DNA of 64,000 nucleotides from an uncultured Acidobacteriota bacterium (GTDB lineage Bacteria > Acidobacteriota > Thermoanaerobaculia > Multivoradales > UBA5704): the NCBI GenBank assembly GCA_963770895.1, contig CAVYRF010000001.1, forward strand, positions 2,008,712 to 2,072,711. The letters are read 5' to 3'. The notes beneath the pieces are model-generated. The model was not told the DNA's origin. It saw only the letters and a list, made by a program, of their open reading frames with translations, and did not search any database. The stretch's first letter is position 1; every line of letters begins with the position of its first letter. Below, in pieces: positions 56,303 through 64,000 of this stretch. Both the position numbers and the translations under genes were made by a program.

Positions 56303-57630
56303 GCCTGACTCCCACCGTGGCCATCGTCGGCAGGCCCAACGTCGGCAAGTCGACCCTGTTCAACCGGCTCCTGGGGCGCCGCCAGGCGATCGTGCACGAC
56401 CTGCCGGGGGTGACGCGCGACCGCATCACCGGCCTGGCCGAGATCGCCGACGAGCGCCACATCCAGATCATCGACACCGGCGGCCTGGTGGTGGGCGACG
56501 ACCCGCTCGGTCTGTCGAAGCAGGTCTTCCTGGCGGTCGACGAAAGCGACCTGCTGATCTTCCTGGTCGACGGCCGCGACGGCCTGGTGGCCGCCGACCA
56601 GTCCGTATGGCAACGCCTGCGGCCCACCGGCAAGCCCGCCATCCTGGTGGTCAACAAGGGTGACACCCGCGAAGGGCGCAGCCGCTTCCCCGAGTTCTAC
56701 AGCCTGGGCATCGACCCGCAGCTGCTCATCTCCGCCGAACACGGCTCGGGCATCGGCGAGCTGCGCGAAGCGCTCGCCCTGGCGCTGCCGCAGGTCGCCG
56801 CCGAACCGCGCCCCGACGCCCCTGCCATCGCCATCGTCGGCCGCCCCAACGTCGGCAAGTCGTCCCTGCTCAACTGCATCGCCGGCCAGCCGCGGGCGCT
56901 GGTCTCGCCGGTCGCCGGCACCACCCGCGACCCCCTGGACACCCTCATCCAGCGCGGCGACCGCTCCTACCTGCTCATCGACACCGCCGGCATCCGCCGC
57001 CGCAGCCAGATCTCGGGCGCCCCTGAAGAGCTGGCGGTGATGATGGCGCGCCGCCAGATCGAGCGCGCCGAGCTCGCCGTGCTGGTCATCGACGCCACCC
57101 AGGGCGTCACCAGCGGCGACCTCGCCATCGCCGGCAGCATCTGGGAGCTGGGCCGCGCCGCCGTCCTGGCCATCAACAAGTGGGACCTCCTGGACGAAGA
57201 GTCGCGAGTGCGCCTGGAAAGCTCCCTGGAACGGCTCGAAGAGCACCTGGCGGCGCCCCTGCGCGTCAACGAATCGGCGCTCACCGGCCGCAACGTCGAC
57301 AAGCTCTTTCCCGCCATCGACCGCGCCCTGGCCGGCTACCGCACCAAGCTCACCACCGGCGAAGTCAACCGCTTCTTCGCCGCGGCGCTGGAGCAGGTCG
57401 CCCCGCCCAACCTCGGCGGCCACCCCTGGAAGCTCTACTACGCCACCCAGGTCGCCAGCGAGCCCCCCACCTTCATGCTCTTCTGCAATCGCCCCCTGCC
57501 CCGCAACCACCACTACCGCCGCTACCTGGAAAACCGCCTGCGCGAACACCTCGACGTCCCCGGCGTCCCCCTGCGCCTGGTCGTCCGCCGCCGCGCCACC
57601 GACGAAGCCAAGCGCCGGGGAGCCCGATGA
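56299..57630 (+). CDS. der: Ribosome-associated GTPase Der/EngA (double G-domain)
   Basis: Two P-loops (GRPNVGKSTLFN, GRPNVGKSSLLN) and two NKxD motifs (NKGD, NKWD), followed by a KH-like C-terminus. The ATG overlaps the rnr stop. Confidence 0.95.
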   Translation: MSLTPTVAIVGRPNVGKSTLFNRLLGRRQAIVHDLPGVTRDRITGLAEIADERHIQIIDTGGLVVGDDPLGLSKQVFLAVDESDLLIFLVDGRDGLVAADQSVWQRLRPTGKPAILVVNKGDTREGRSRFPEFYSLGIDPQLLISAEHGSGIGELREALALALPQVAAEPRPDAPAIAIVGRPNVGKSSLLNCIAGQPRALVSPVAGTTRDPLDTLIQRGDRSYLLIDTAGIRRRSQISGAPEELAVMMARRQIERAELAVLVIDATQGVTSGDLAIAGSIWELGRAAVLAINKWDLLDEESRVRLESSLERLEEHLAAPLRVNESALTGRNVDKLFPAIDRALAGYRTKLTTGEVNRFFAAALEQVAPPNLGGHPWKLYYATQVASEPPTFMLFCNRPLPRNHHYRRYLENRLREHLDVPGVPLRLVVRRRATDEAKRRGAR

Positions 57631-57961
57631 ACCCACCCCGCCGCCCCGTCGGAGCCCCACCGGTCCCGGCTCCAGTAAGGCCAGCACGCAGCGGCGCCAG
57701 CGCCGGCGTGGAGGCGGCATGGCACCGATAGCCGGTCCGCGGCGCCGGCGCAGCCGCGTCGCCGCAGGCGATCAGAGCGGCATGCGGCGCATCGCCGACC
57801 GCCTGGCTCGCCGAATCGCGGGCGCCACCGGGAGGCCCGACAGGCCGTCGATCCACTCGCGCCCCGAACCGCGGTCGCACGCGAGAGCCCTGACCGCCAC
57901 GGGGAAGGCAGTCCAATCGCGCGCGGAAGCCCTGACCTGCATGGGAGGCGGCCGAGAGGTG

Positions 57962-58210
57962 AGCCCAGGCGTCGCTTGCCGCAGGTCTCGCCGCATGGGG
58001 ATGGCGGCCTGGGACAGCCTGGGCGCCGTTGCCCGCGAGTCTCGCCGCATGGGGATGGTGGCCGGGGACAGCCTGGGCGCCGTTGCCCGCGGGTGTCGCC
58101 GCATGGGGATGGTGGCCGGGGACAGCCTATGTGCTGTTCCCGGCAGGTCACACCGCACCGGCATGGCGGCCTGGGACAGCCTGGGCGCCGTTGCCCGCGG
58201 GTGTCGCCGG
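57962..58210 (+). repeat. 54-bp tandem repeat, ~4.6 units, spanning the 5' end of the lipoprotein gene
   Basis: Units start at 57985, 58039, 58093 and 58147 (GTCTCGCCGCATGGGGATGG[CT]GGCC[TG]GGGACAGCCTGGGCGCCGTTGCCCGCG.). A partial unit precedes them and another follows. Confidence 0.9.
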
Positions 58211-59026
58211 CAGTGGATATGGCGCTTCGGCCTGCTCGCGATAGCCGGCATGCTGGCCTTTGGCGCGGGATGTCGGCGCGCCGACGATCGCGCTGCGATC
58301 CAGGATCGCCTGCGCACCAAGGGCAGCGCCGAAGTGGTGCGCGAGGCCGCCGCCGCGCAGCGCTACACGCCGCCCGCCAACGGCCGCCTGACCGAGGCCC
58401 AGGTCCGCATGTACCTCAAAGTGCGGGAGCGCGAAGACCGCATCCGCGAGGCCGCGGCACAGGAATCCCTGCGCCGGGACACACACGCCGACGCCGCCGG
58501 GCAACCGCCGGCAGGGGAGCGCACGCCGGAGTCGCCGGCAGACCGCGCGGCAGACCGTGCCGCGCCGGCGTCCGGCAGCGCCCCAAGCGGCGCCGACACC
58601 CCGCCCGCGGACTCGGGCCTGGCCGCGGCCGACCTGCGAGCCGCCCAGGAGCTGCACGTCAACCCGCGCGAATACTCCTGGGTGCGAGAACGCGTGCTGG
58701 AAGCTCAGACCGCCGCCACCACCCTAGCCCTCTTCCAAAAGATGGCCGCCGGCCGCGAACAGCTCCTCACCCACATGCGGCGCGACCTGGAAGCCCAGAC
58801 CGACCCCGCCAAGCGCGCCGCCGCCGCCCGCGACATCGAAGACTGGAAGCGAGGCCTGCAGTCCACCGAACCCACCGTCCCGCCCGCCGTCCGCGCCAAC
58901 GTCGCCCTCCTGGCCCGCTTCCGCGAACCCCTGGCCCGCCTCGCCGTCCTGGAAGACCAAACCCTGGCCACCAGCGCCGGCCTGGAAACCCCGCCCCCCG
59001 CCCCCACCCCCAAGCCAGCCCACTAA
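58163..59026 (+). CDS. Hypothetical lipoprotein, ~287 aa
   Basis: ATG 58163 lies in the last repeat unit and gives MAAWDSLGAVARGCRRQWIWRFGLLAIAGMLAFGAGC, an n-region, h-region and Cys. The rest is charged and helical with a Pro-rich tail. The track ORF start 57719 would add a non-coding-looking Arg-rich N-terminus. Confidence 0.65.
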   Translation: MAAWDSLGAVARGCRRQWIWRFGLLAIAGMLAFGAGCRRADDRAAIQDRLRTKGSAEVVREAAAAQRYTPPANGRLTEAQVRMYLKVREREDRIREAAAQESLRRDTHADAAGQPPAGERTPESPADRAADRAAPASGSAPSGADTPPADSGLAAADLRAAQELHVNPREYSWVRERVLEAQTAATTLALFQKMAAGREQLLTHMRRDLEAQTDPAKRAAAARDIEDWKRGLQSTEPTVPPAVRANVALLARFREPLARLAVLEDQTLATSAGLETPPPAPTPKPAH

Positions 59027-59322
59027 AACTCGCCGCCCCGCAGCGGCTGAGAAGCCGCCCCTGCCTCCAAGTCAGCCCACAAACCCCGCTGGCCGCACCG
59101 GCCGGGAAACCGCTCCCCGCCGGGACCTCAAGCCAACCCACGAAACCCGTTGCCCGGCGCCGGCCTGGACACCGCCGCCCCCACCCCCATCGCCAAGACA
59201 ACCCATTGAAACCGCTGCCCGCATCGGCCGGGAAACCGCTCCCCCTCCCAATCCAAGGCGGCCCGTCAACACCCGCTGGTTCGCGCCGATGGGGAAGCCG
59301 CACCTCGCCCCACAAGACTGCG
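59018..59322 (+). repeat. Five degenerate ~60-65-bp tandem units in the lipoprotein/Uma2 intergenic region
   Basis: Units start at 59018, 59075, 59136, 59201 and 59261. The shared pattern is CCCAc.AAaCCCGCTG.CCGC..CGGCCGGGAAACCGCTCCCC...CAAG. Confidence 0.7.
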
Positions 59323-59895
59323 CTAGTGTTCTTCGAACACTTCGCGGACGGAGATCTCCAATCCGGGCAGGAGCGGCGTGGTCAGCGTGTCGTCGCTGGC
59401 CGCGAAAAGCTCGCCTGCCTCGCTGAAGCCCGGCCCCTCCAGCCGGCGGAGGATGCGGATCGCCTTGCGGCGCGGATCGACCAGCCAGTACTCCGCGACG
59501 CCGCCCTCCTCATAGCGGCGACGCTTGAGCGTCTCGTCCCGGCGCCGGGTCGAGGGGGAGAGGATCTCGATCACCAGGTCGGGAGCACCCTGGATGTTGG
59601 GTTCCGTCAGGATCTGGCGGCGCTGGTTCGAGACGAACAGAATGTCGGGTTGGACGATGTCGTGCGCCGACAGCACCACGCCGATCGGCGGATACAGGAC
59701 GCTCCCCAGCTTGTGCTCCCGCACGAACGTTGCTAGCAGAAGGAACAAGTTGGCGGAAATTTCTTGATGGAACACGACCGATGGAGGAGTCACGTAATGT
59801 ACCCCGTCCAGGATCTCGTGGCGATCCCGATCGTCGGGGATCTGCACGAAATCCTGGTAGGTGAGCTTGCGGCGGCCGGTGCTGTGGACTGCCAT
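59323..59895 (-). CDS. Uma2-family (DUF820) putative endonuclease, 190 aa
   Basis: HEILDG...FHQEISANL...VQPDILFV...APDLVIEILSPST...KRRRYEEGGVAEYWLVDP matches the PD-(D/E)xK Uma2 pattern. Confidence 0.88.
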   Translation of the reverse strand: MAVHSTGRRKLTYQDFVQIPDDRDRHEILDGVHYVTPPSVVFHQEISANLFLLLATFVREHKLGSVLYPPIGVVLSAHDIVQPDILFVSNQRRQILTEPNIQGAPDLVIEILSPSTRRRDETLKRRRYEEGGVAEYWLVDPRRKAIRILRRLEGPGFSEAGELFAASDDTLTTPLLPGLEISVREVFEEH

Positions 59896-60078
59896 GGTTG
59901 CGTCTCCTCAAGGCTGTTCTGAAATCGTAGCACTGCGATTTTCCCCCGTCCGGCCCTCTCATAGAGATAGACGCAAACGAAGTCCGTTCCTGTGCATCGG
60001 CAGCGATCTTTTTCACGTGCGATCCGTAAAGCCTGCCGGAGAGATACGATCTCGGCTGGTGACCAGAGAGGTGCCGCG

Positions 60079-61398
60079 ATGGAAAGTCCCAAATCCGCAG
60101 ACGCCCGGCTGCCCGCGCAGGCAGACCAGGGGGTAGACGACGGCCCGCTTCAAGCGGCGACGCGGGCAGGCGCAAAGGCCGACGCAGACCGCGGCCTCCT
60201 TGAGGCGGCCACGCGGGCAGCCGGCGGGGAAGGCGACGCCCTCCTGGGTCGACGCTGGGCCACCGGCCTGGTCTGCTCGCGCACCGGTGCCGCGGCACCG
60301 CTCGACCAGCCCGCCTTCCTGTCACCCGCGGGGGCGCCGTGGCTGGTCCAGTACGACCTCGATCGCGAGCGCGGCCAGCAGCTGCGCCAGGCGCTTCCAG
60401 CCCGCCCCTGGTCGCTGTGGCGCTATCGCGAGCTGCTCCCCGTGGCGGATTTTGAGCGGCGCATCGACCTCGGCGAGGGCGCCACGCCCCTGCGCCGCCT
60501 GCATCGCACGCCCCTGGCCGGAGCCGACCTCTGGATCAAGGACGAAGCCCTCAATCCCACCGGCTCCTTCAAGGCGCGCGGCATGTCGCTGGCGGTCAAC
60601 CGAGCCCGCGAGCTGGGCGCCCCCGGCGTGCAGCTGGCAAGCGCCGGCAACGCCGCCCTGGCCCTGACCGCCTACGCCGCCGCCGCCGGCCTGCCGGCGC
60701 GCGTCGCGCTGCCCGAAGACACCCCGCCGGGCATCGCCGCCCGCTGCCGCGACCACGGCGCCCAGGTCTACACCGCCCCCGGCACCCTGCTCGACGCCGC
60801 CCGCCAGCTCGAGGCCGCCGGCGGCGGGTACTGGAACCTGTCCACCCTGCGCGAGCCCTACCGCGCCGAAGGCAAGAAGACCATGGGCTTCGAGCTGGCC
60901 GAGCAGTTCCACTGGCGCCTCCCGGATTGGATCATCTACCCCCTGGGCGGCGGCACCGGCATCGTCGGCATGCACAAAGCCTTCGCCGAGCTGCGCCAGC
61001 TGGGGCTGGTGGGCGACGCCAGGCCCCACTTCGTCGCCGTCCAGATGGCCGGCTGCGCGCCCATCGTCCGCGCCTTCGAACAGGGCCAGACCGTCGCCGC
61101 CCCCTGGGAAAACCCCCACACCAACGTCTGGGGCCTCCGCGTCCCCAAAGCCCTGGGCGACTTCCTGGTCCTGGCAGCCCTGCGTGAATCCGACGGCCGC
61201 GCCGTCGCCGTCGAAGAATCCCGCCTCCCCGGCATCACCGCCACCGCCGCCCGCCAGGAGGGCCTCCGCCTGGGCCCCGAAGGCGCCGCCGCCCTGGCCG
61301 CCGCCCACGACCTCGCCGCCGCCGGCGCCTTCGCCGAAGGCGACCAGGTCGTGGTCTTCCAAACCGGCGACCCCGCCAACTACCTCTCTCCGCGGTAG
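60079..61398 (+). CDS. Threonine synthase-like fold-type II PLP enzyme
   Basis: YRELLPV...LGEGATPL...NPTGSFKARGMS (PLP lysine) ...ASAGNAA. ATG 60079 follows AGAGAGG. The start is uncertain (track start 59992). ThrC versus a related family cannot be resolved by eye. Confidence 0.8.
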   Translation: MESPKSADARLPAQADQGVDDGPLQAATRAGAKADADRGLLEAATRAAGGEGDALLGRRWATGLVCSRTGAAAPLDQPAFLSPAGAPWLVQYDLDRERGQQLRQALPARPWSLWRYRELLPVADFERRIDLGEGATPLRRLHRTPLAGADLWIKDEALNPTGSFKARGMSLAVNRARELGAPGVQLASAGNAALALTAYAAAAGLPARVALPEDTPPGIAARCRDHGAQVYTAPGTLLDAARQLEAAGGGYWNLSTLREPYRAEGKKTMGFELAEQFHWRLPDWIIYPLGGGTGIVGMHKAFAELRQLGLVGDARPHFVAVQMAGCAPIVRAFEQGQTVAAPWENPHTNVWGLRVPKALGDFLVLAALRESDGRAVAVEESRLPGITATAARQEGLRLGPEGAAALAAAHDLAAAGAFAEGDQVVVFQTGDPANYLSPR

Positions 61399-61435
61399 GT
61401 CAAGTCAACCTGACGGTGACGAAGGGAGGTAAACG

Positions 61436-63874
61436 ATGCTGCGCGATCTGATCCAGGCCTGGCGCTCGTTGCGCCGCAGCAAGGAATACGCCCTGGCGGC
61501 GATCCTGACGCTGGCGCTCGGGCTGGGGGCCAATGCGGCGATCTTCACCGCGGTGCTGGGGGCGGTGCTGCGGCCGCTGCCGCTGCCGGATTCCGAGCGC
61601 CTGATGTGGGTGGGGCACGCGCACCGCGAAAGCGGCGTCGTCGCGGCCTTCTCGCCGCAGGATTTCGACGATCTGGCGCGCGCCACGAACGGTCGCGTCT
61701 TCAGCGATATCGCGGACTACGCGTTCTTTCCGCGCCTGAGCGGCATGAACCTGACCGGCACCGGCGCGCCGCTGCGAGTGCCGGTGGCGAACGTCTCCGG
61801 TGCCTGGTTCCGCACCCTGGGAGCGGCGGCGGAGCTGGGGCGGGCGCTGCAGCCGGACGACGACCGCCTGGGCGGCGACCACGTGGTGGTGTTGAGCCAC
61901 GCCCTGTGGCGCAGCCGCTTCGCCCACGATCGGGCGATCGTCGGGCGCAAGGTGGTGCTCGACGGCGAACCGTTCGTGATCGCCGGCGTCATGCCGGCGG
62001 GGTTCACCCTGCCGGACCGCCAGGTGGGCCTGTGGGCGCCGCTGTCGCTGGTGGGCGACGCCAAGGTGCCCCATCGCCGCGAAGTGCGCTGGCTTTCGGT
62101 CGTCGGCCGCCTGGCGCCAGGGGTGACGCAGCAGGCTGCCGCGGCGCACGTCGGGACGGTGCTGGCCAGCCTGGAGCGGCAGTTCCCGGACAGCAACAAG
62201 GGCTGGGGCAGGGCGGCGCTGCGCCCGCTGCACGACGTGATCGTCGGCGACGTGCGCCCGCTGTTCACCGTGCTGGCCGCGGCGGCCGGCGCGGTGCTGC
62301 TGATCGTCTGCGTCAACCTGGCCAACCTGACTCTGGCGCGAGCGACGGGGCGCAGCCGCGAGATGGCGATCCGGGCGGCGGTCGGCGCCACGCCGATGCG
62401 CCTGACGCGCCAGCTGATGGCCGAGAGCCTGGCCCTGGCACTGGCCGGCGGCGCGCTGGGGCTGCTGCTGGCGCACTGGGGGGTGGCGGCGCTGCGTGAG
62501 TCCGCCGCCGATTTCGTGCCGCGCGCGGGCGAAATGCGTCTGGACGGCATCGTGGCGGTGTTCACCCTGGCGCTGGCGCTCGCCGCCGGCATCGGCTTCG
62601 GCCTGGCGCCGGCGCTGTCGGCCGCCGCCTCCAGCCTGCGGGAGGCCCTGCAGCAGTTCGGCAGCGCTGCCGGCGCCGGCGGAACCCGGCGCCGGCGATC
62701 GGCCCGCAGCCTTGGGGGGAGCAGCCTGGTGGTGCTCGAAACCGCCCTGGCCACGGTGCTGCTGCTGGGCGCCAGCCTGCTGCTGCGCAGCTTCTGGCAG
62801 CTGCTGCACGTCGAACCCGGCTTCGACAGCGCCAGCGTGCTCAGCCTGAGCATCAGCGTTCCCGAGCGGGCGCTCAATCCCACCGACAACGGCATGCGCT
62901 ATGTCGACGCCATCCTGGACCGCCTGCGCGCCCTGCCCGGAGTGGTGGCGGCGGGCGCCAGCCACACCTTGCCCCTGGCCGGCGGCGCCGATACCTACAA
63001 GTTCACCACCGAAGGCGACGCGTCCCCCCGCGAGGTGATGCCGGCCGGAGGGGTGCTGACCGCCACGTCCGGCTACTTCCGCGCGCTCGGCATTCCGCTC
63101 GTCGTCGGGCGCGACTTCGACCGCCGCGACGACGACGGCAAGGCGCCGCCGGCGATCGTCGTCAACCAGGCGCTGGCGCGCCAGCTGTGGCCCGGCCAGA
63201 GCCCGCTCGGCAGGCGGCTGCGCAGCGGCGAGCTGAGCATGCAGATCGTCGGCGTGGTCGCCGACGTGCACAACGACGGTCTGGCCAAGCCGGTCGCGCC
63301 GGCGGTCTACGGGCCGCCCTTCCTGTTCACGCGCTCGACCCTGAAGCTGTTCGTGCGCACCGTCGGAGCCCCGCTGGCCACCCTGGGGGCGGCGCGGCGC
63401 GCGATCTGGGACGTCGACCACGATCTGCCGATCGCCGAGGAGGTCACCATGCAGGACGTGGTGGATTCCAGCGTCGCCCTGCCGCGGCTGCTGAGCTGGC
63501 TGGTGGGCGCCTTCGGCGGCCTGGCGGCGCTGCTCGCCGCCCTGGGCACCTACGGCGTGATCGCCTACGGCGTGCGCCGCCGCACGCGCGAGATCGGCGT
63601 GCGCATGGCGCTCGGCGCCGACCGTACCGGCGTCATCGGCCTGGTGGTGCGCCAGGGGCTGGGGCTGTGTCTGTGCGGCCTCGCCTGCGGCCTGCTGGCC
63701 GGCCTTGCCGGCGCGCCGCTCCTGGGCAGCCTGCTTTTCCAGGTGAAGCCGTTCGATCCGGTCGCCTGTGCCGCCGCGGCGCTGGTCGTCGTCGCCTCCG
63801 CGCTGGCCGCCAGCTATTTCCCGGCGCGCGAGGCGGCGAGCGTCGACCCGCTGCTGGCGATCCGCAGCGAGTGA
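61436..63874 (+). CDS. ADOP-family duplicated FtsX/MacB-type ABC permease, 812 aa
   Basis: RBS GGGAGG. N-terminus MLRDLIQAWRSLRRSKEYALAAILTLALGLGANAAIFTAV. There are two MacB-periplasmic + FtsX 4-TM halves (second half from ~aa 420). Confidence 0.92.
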   Translation: MLRDLIQAWRSLRRSKEYALAAILTLALGLGANAAIFTAVLGAVLRPLPLPDSERLMWVGHAHRESGVVAAFSPQDFDDLARATNGRVFSDIADYAFFPRLSGMNLTGTGAPLRVPVANVSGAWFRTLGAAAELGRALQPDDDRLGGDHVVVLSHALWRSRFAHDRAIVGRKVVLDGEPFVIAGVMPAGFTLPDRQVGLWAPLSLVGDAKVPHRREVRWLSVVGRLAPGVTQQAAAAHVGTVLASLERQFPDSNKGWGRAALRPLHDVIVGDVRPLFTVLAAAAGAVLLIVCVNLANLTLARATGRSREMAIRAAVGATPMRLTRQLMAESLALALAGGALGLLLAHWGVAALRESAADFVPRAGEMRLDGIVAVFTLALALAAGIGFGLAPALSAAASSLREALQQFGSAAGAGGTRRRRSARSLGGSSLVVLETALATVLLLGASLLLRSFWQLLHVEPGFDSASVLSLSISVPERALNPTDNGMRYVDAILDRLRALPGVVAAGASHTLPLAGGADTYKFTTEGDASPREVMPAGGVLTATSGYFRALGIPLVVGRDFDRRDDDGKAPPAIVVNQALARQLWPGQSPLGRRLRSGELSMQIVGVVADVHNDGLAKPVAPAVYGPPFLFTRSTLKLFVRTVGAPLATLGAARRAIWDVDHDLPIAEEVTMQDVVDSSVALPRLLSWLVGAFGGLAALLAALGTYGVIAYGVRRRTREIGVRMALGADRTGVIGLVVRQGLGLCLCGLACGLLAGLAGAPLLGSLLFQVKPFDPVACAAAALVVVASALAASYFPAREAASVDPLLAIRSE

Positions 63875-63889
63875 AAGCCACCCCTCCTC

Positions 63890-64000
63890 ATGGCCCTCAC
63901 CGCGACCGTCTACAACTTCGACGTCGAGCTCGCCGACAGCGACCGCGCCGTCTACGAAAGCCTGGCGCTGCGTCTGGCGCTCCACCCTTCCGAGTCGATC
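63890..64000 (+). CDS. yaeQ: YaeQ-family protein, 5' part only (runs off the window)
   Basis: MALTATVYNFDVELADSDRAVYESLALRLALHPSESI parallels the E. coli YaeQ N-terminus (MALKATIYKATVNVADLDR...LTLARHPSET). Not in the ORF track because no stop lies in the window. Confidence 0.75.
   Translation, partial: MALTATVYNFDVELADSDRAVYESLALRLALHPSESI

Noticed and set aside
57719-58162. Upstream 148 codons of the 435-aa track ORF as part of the lipoprotein
   Set aside because: The translation is Arg-rich and non-protein-like, and it would bury the signal peptide internally. This stretch was treated as intergenic plus repeat.
57962-58210. Possible CRISPR array
   Set aside because: The units are contiguous 54-bp repeats with no unique spacers, and no cas genes are nearby. 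It is a plain tandem repeat.

Overview
High-GC (~70%) bacterial chromosomal segment. It is probably Acidobacteriota, an inference based on the ADOP-type duplicated FtsX permease at 61436-63874. The window has three parts. (i) 1-18659: the last 15.2 kb of a giant NRPS gene (C-domain tail plus 4 modules; the last A domain is interrupted by a methyltransferase; terminal TE). A secreted 250-aa protein and an MMPL/RND exporter follow. (ii) 18.7-34.4 kb: a mosaic accessory island bracketed by direct copies of a ~280-430 bp repeat, called 'R' here. It holds two tandem cassettes, each a 375-377-aa secreted protein plus a small Cys-rich secreted partner (the second partner is decayed). It also holds two minus-strand paralogous secreted proteins and a 3' gene fragment. 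A complete 3650-bp Mu/Tn552/Tn5053-like transposon (TG..CA ends, inverted repeats, 5-bp CTGGG duplication) is inserted into one R copy. Two paralogous XRE-HTH/TPR regulators flank a small secreted ORF carrying three 18-aa Cys-loop repeats. (iii) 34.4-64 kb: core genes. These are a dihaem cytochrome c lipoprotein + GMC oxidoreductase operon, an AhpD-like protein, a MocR/GntR regulator, YdeI, and a nuoAEFGHJKLMN-rex operon that lacks nuoB/C/D/I and has a candidate Rex box upstream. Then come tRNA-Leu(CAG), RNase R, Der, a lipoprotein preceded by a 54-bp tandem repeat, a Uma2 endonuclease, a ThrC-like PLP enzyme, the ADOP permease and the start of yaeQ. Many long ORFs in the six-frame track are high-GC shadow frames and were not called. 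The most unusual candidate is the RRNPP-like layout (HTH-TPR receptors plus an adjacent exported repeat peptide) in a Gram-negative background. This is a hypothesis, not a demonstrated system.
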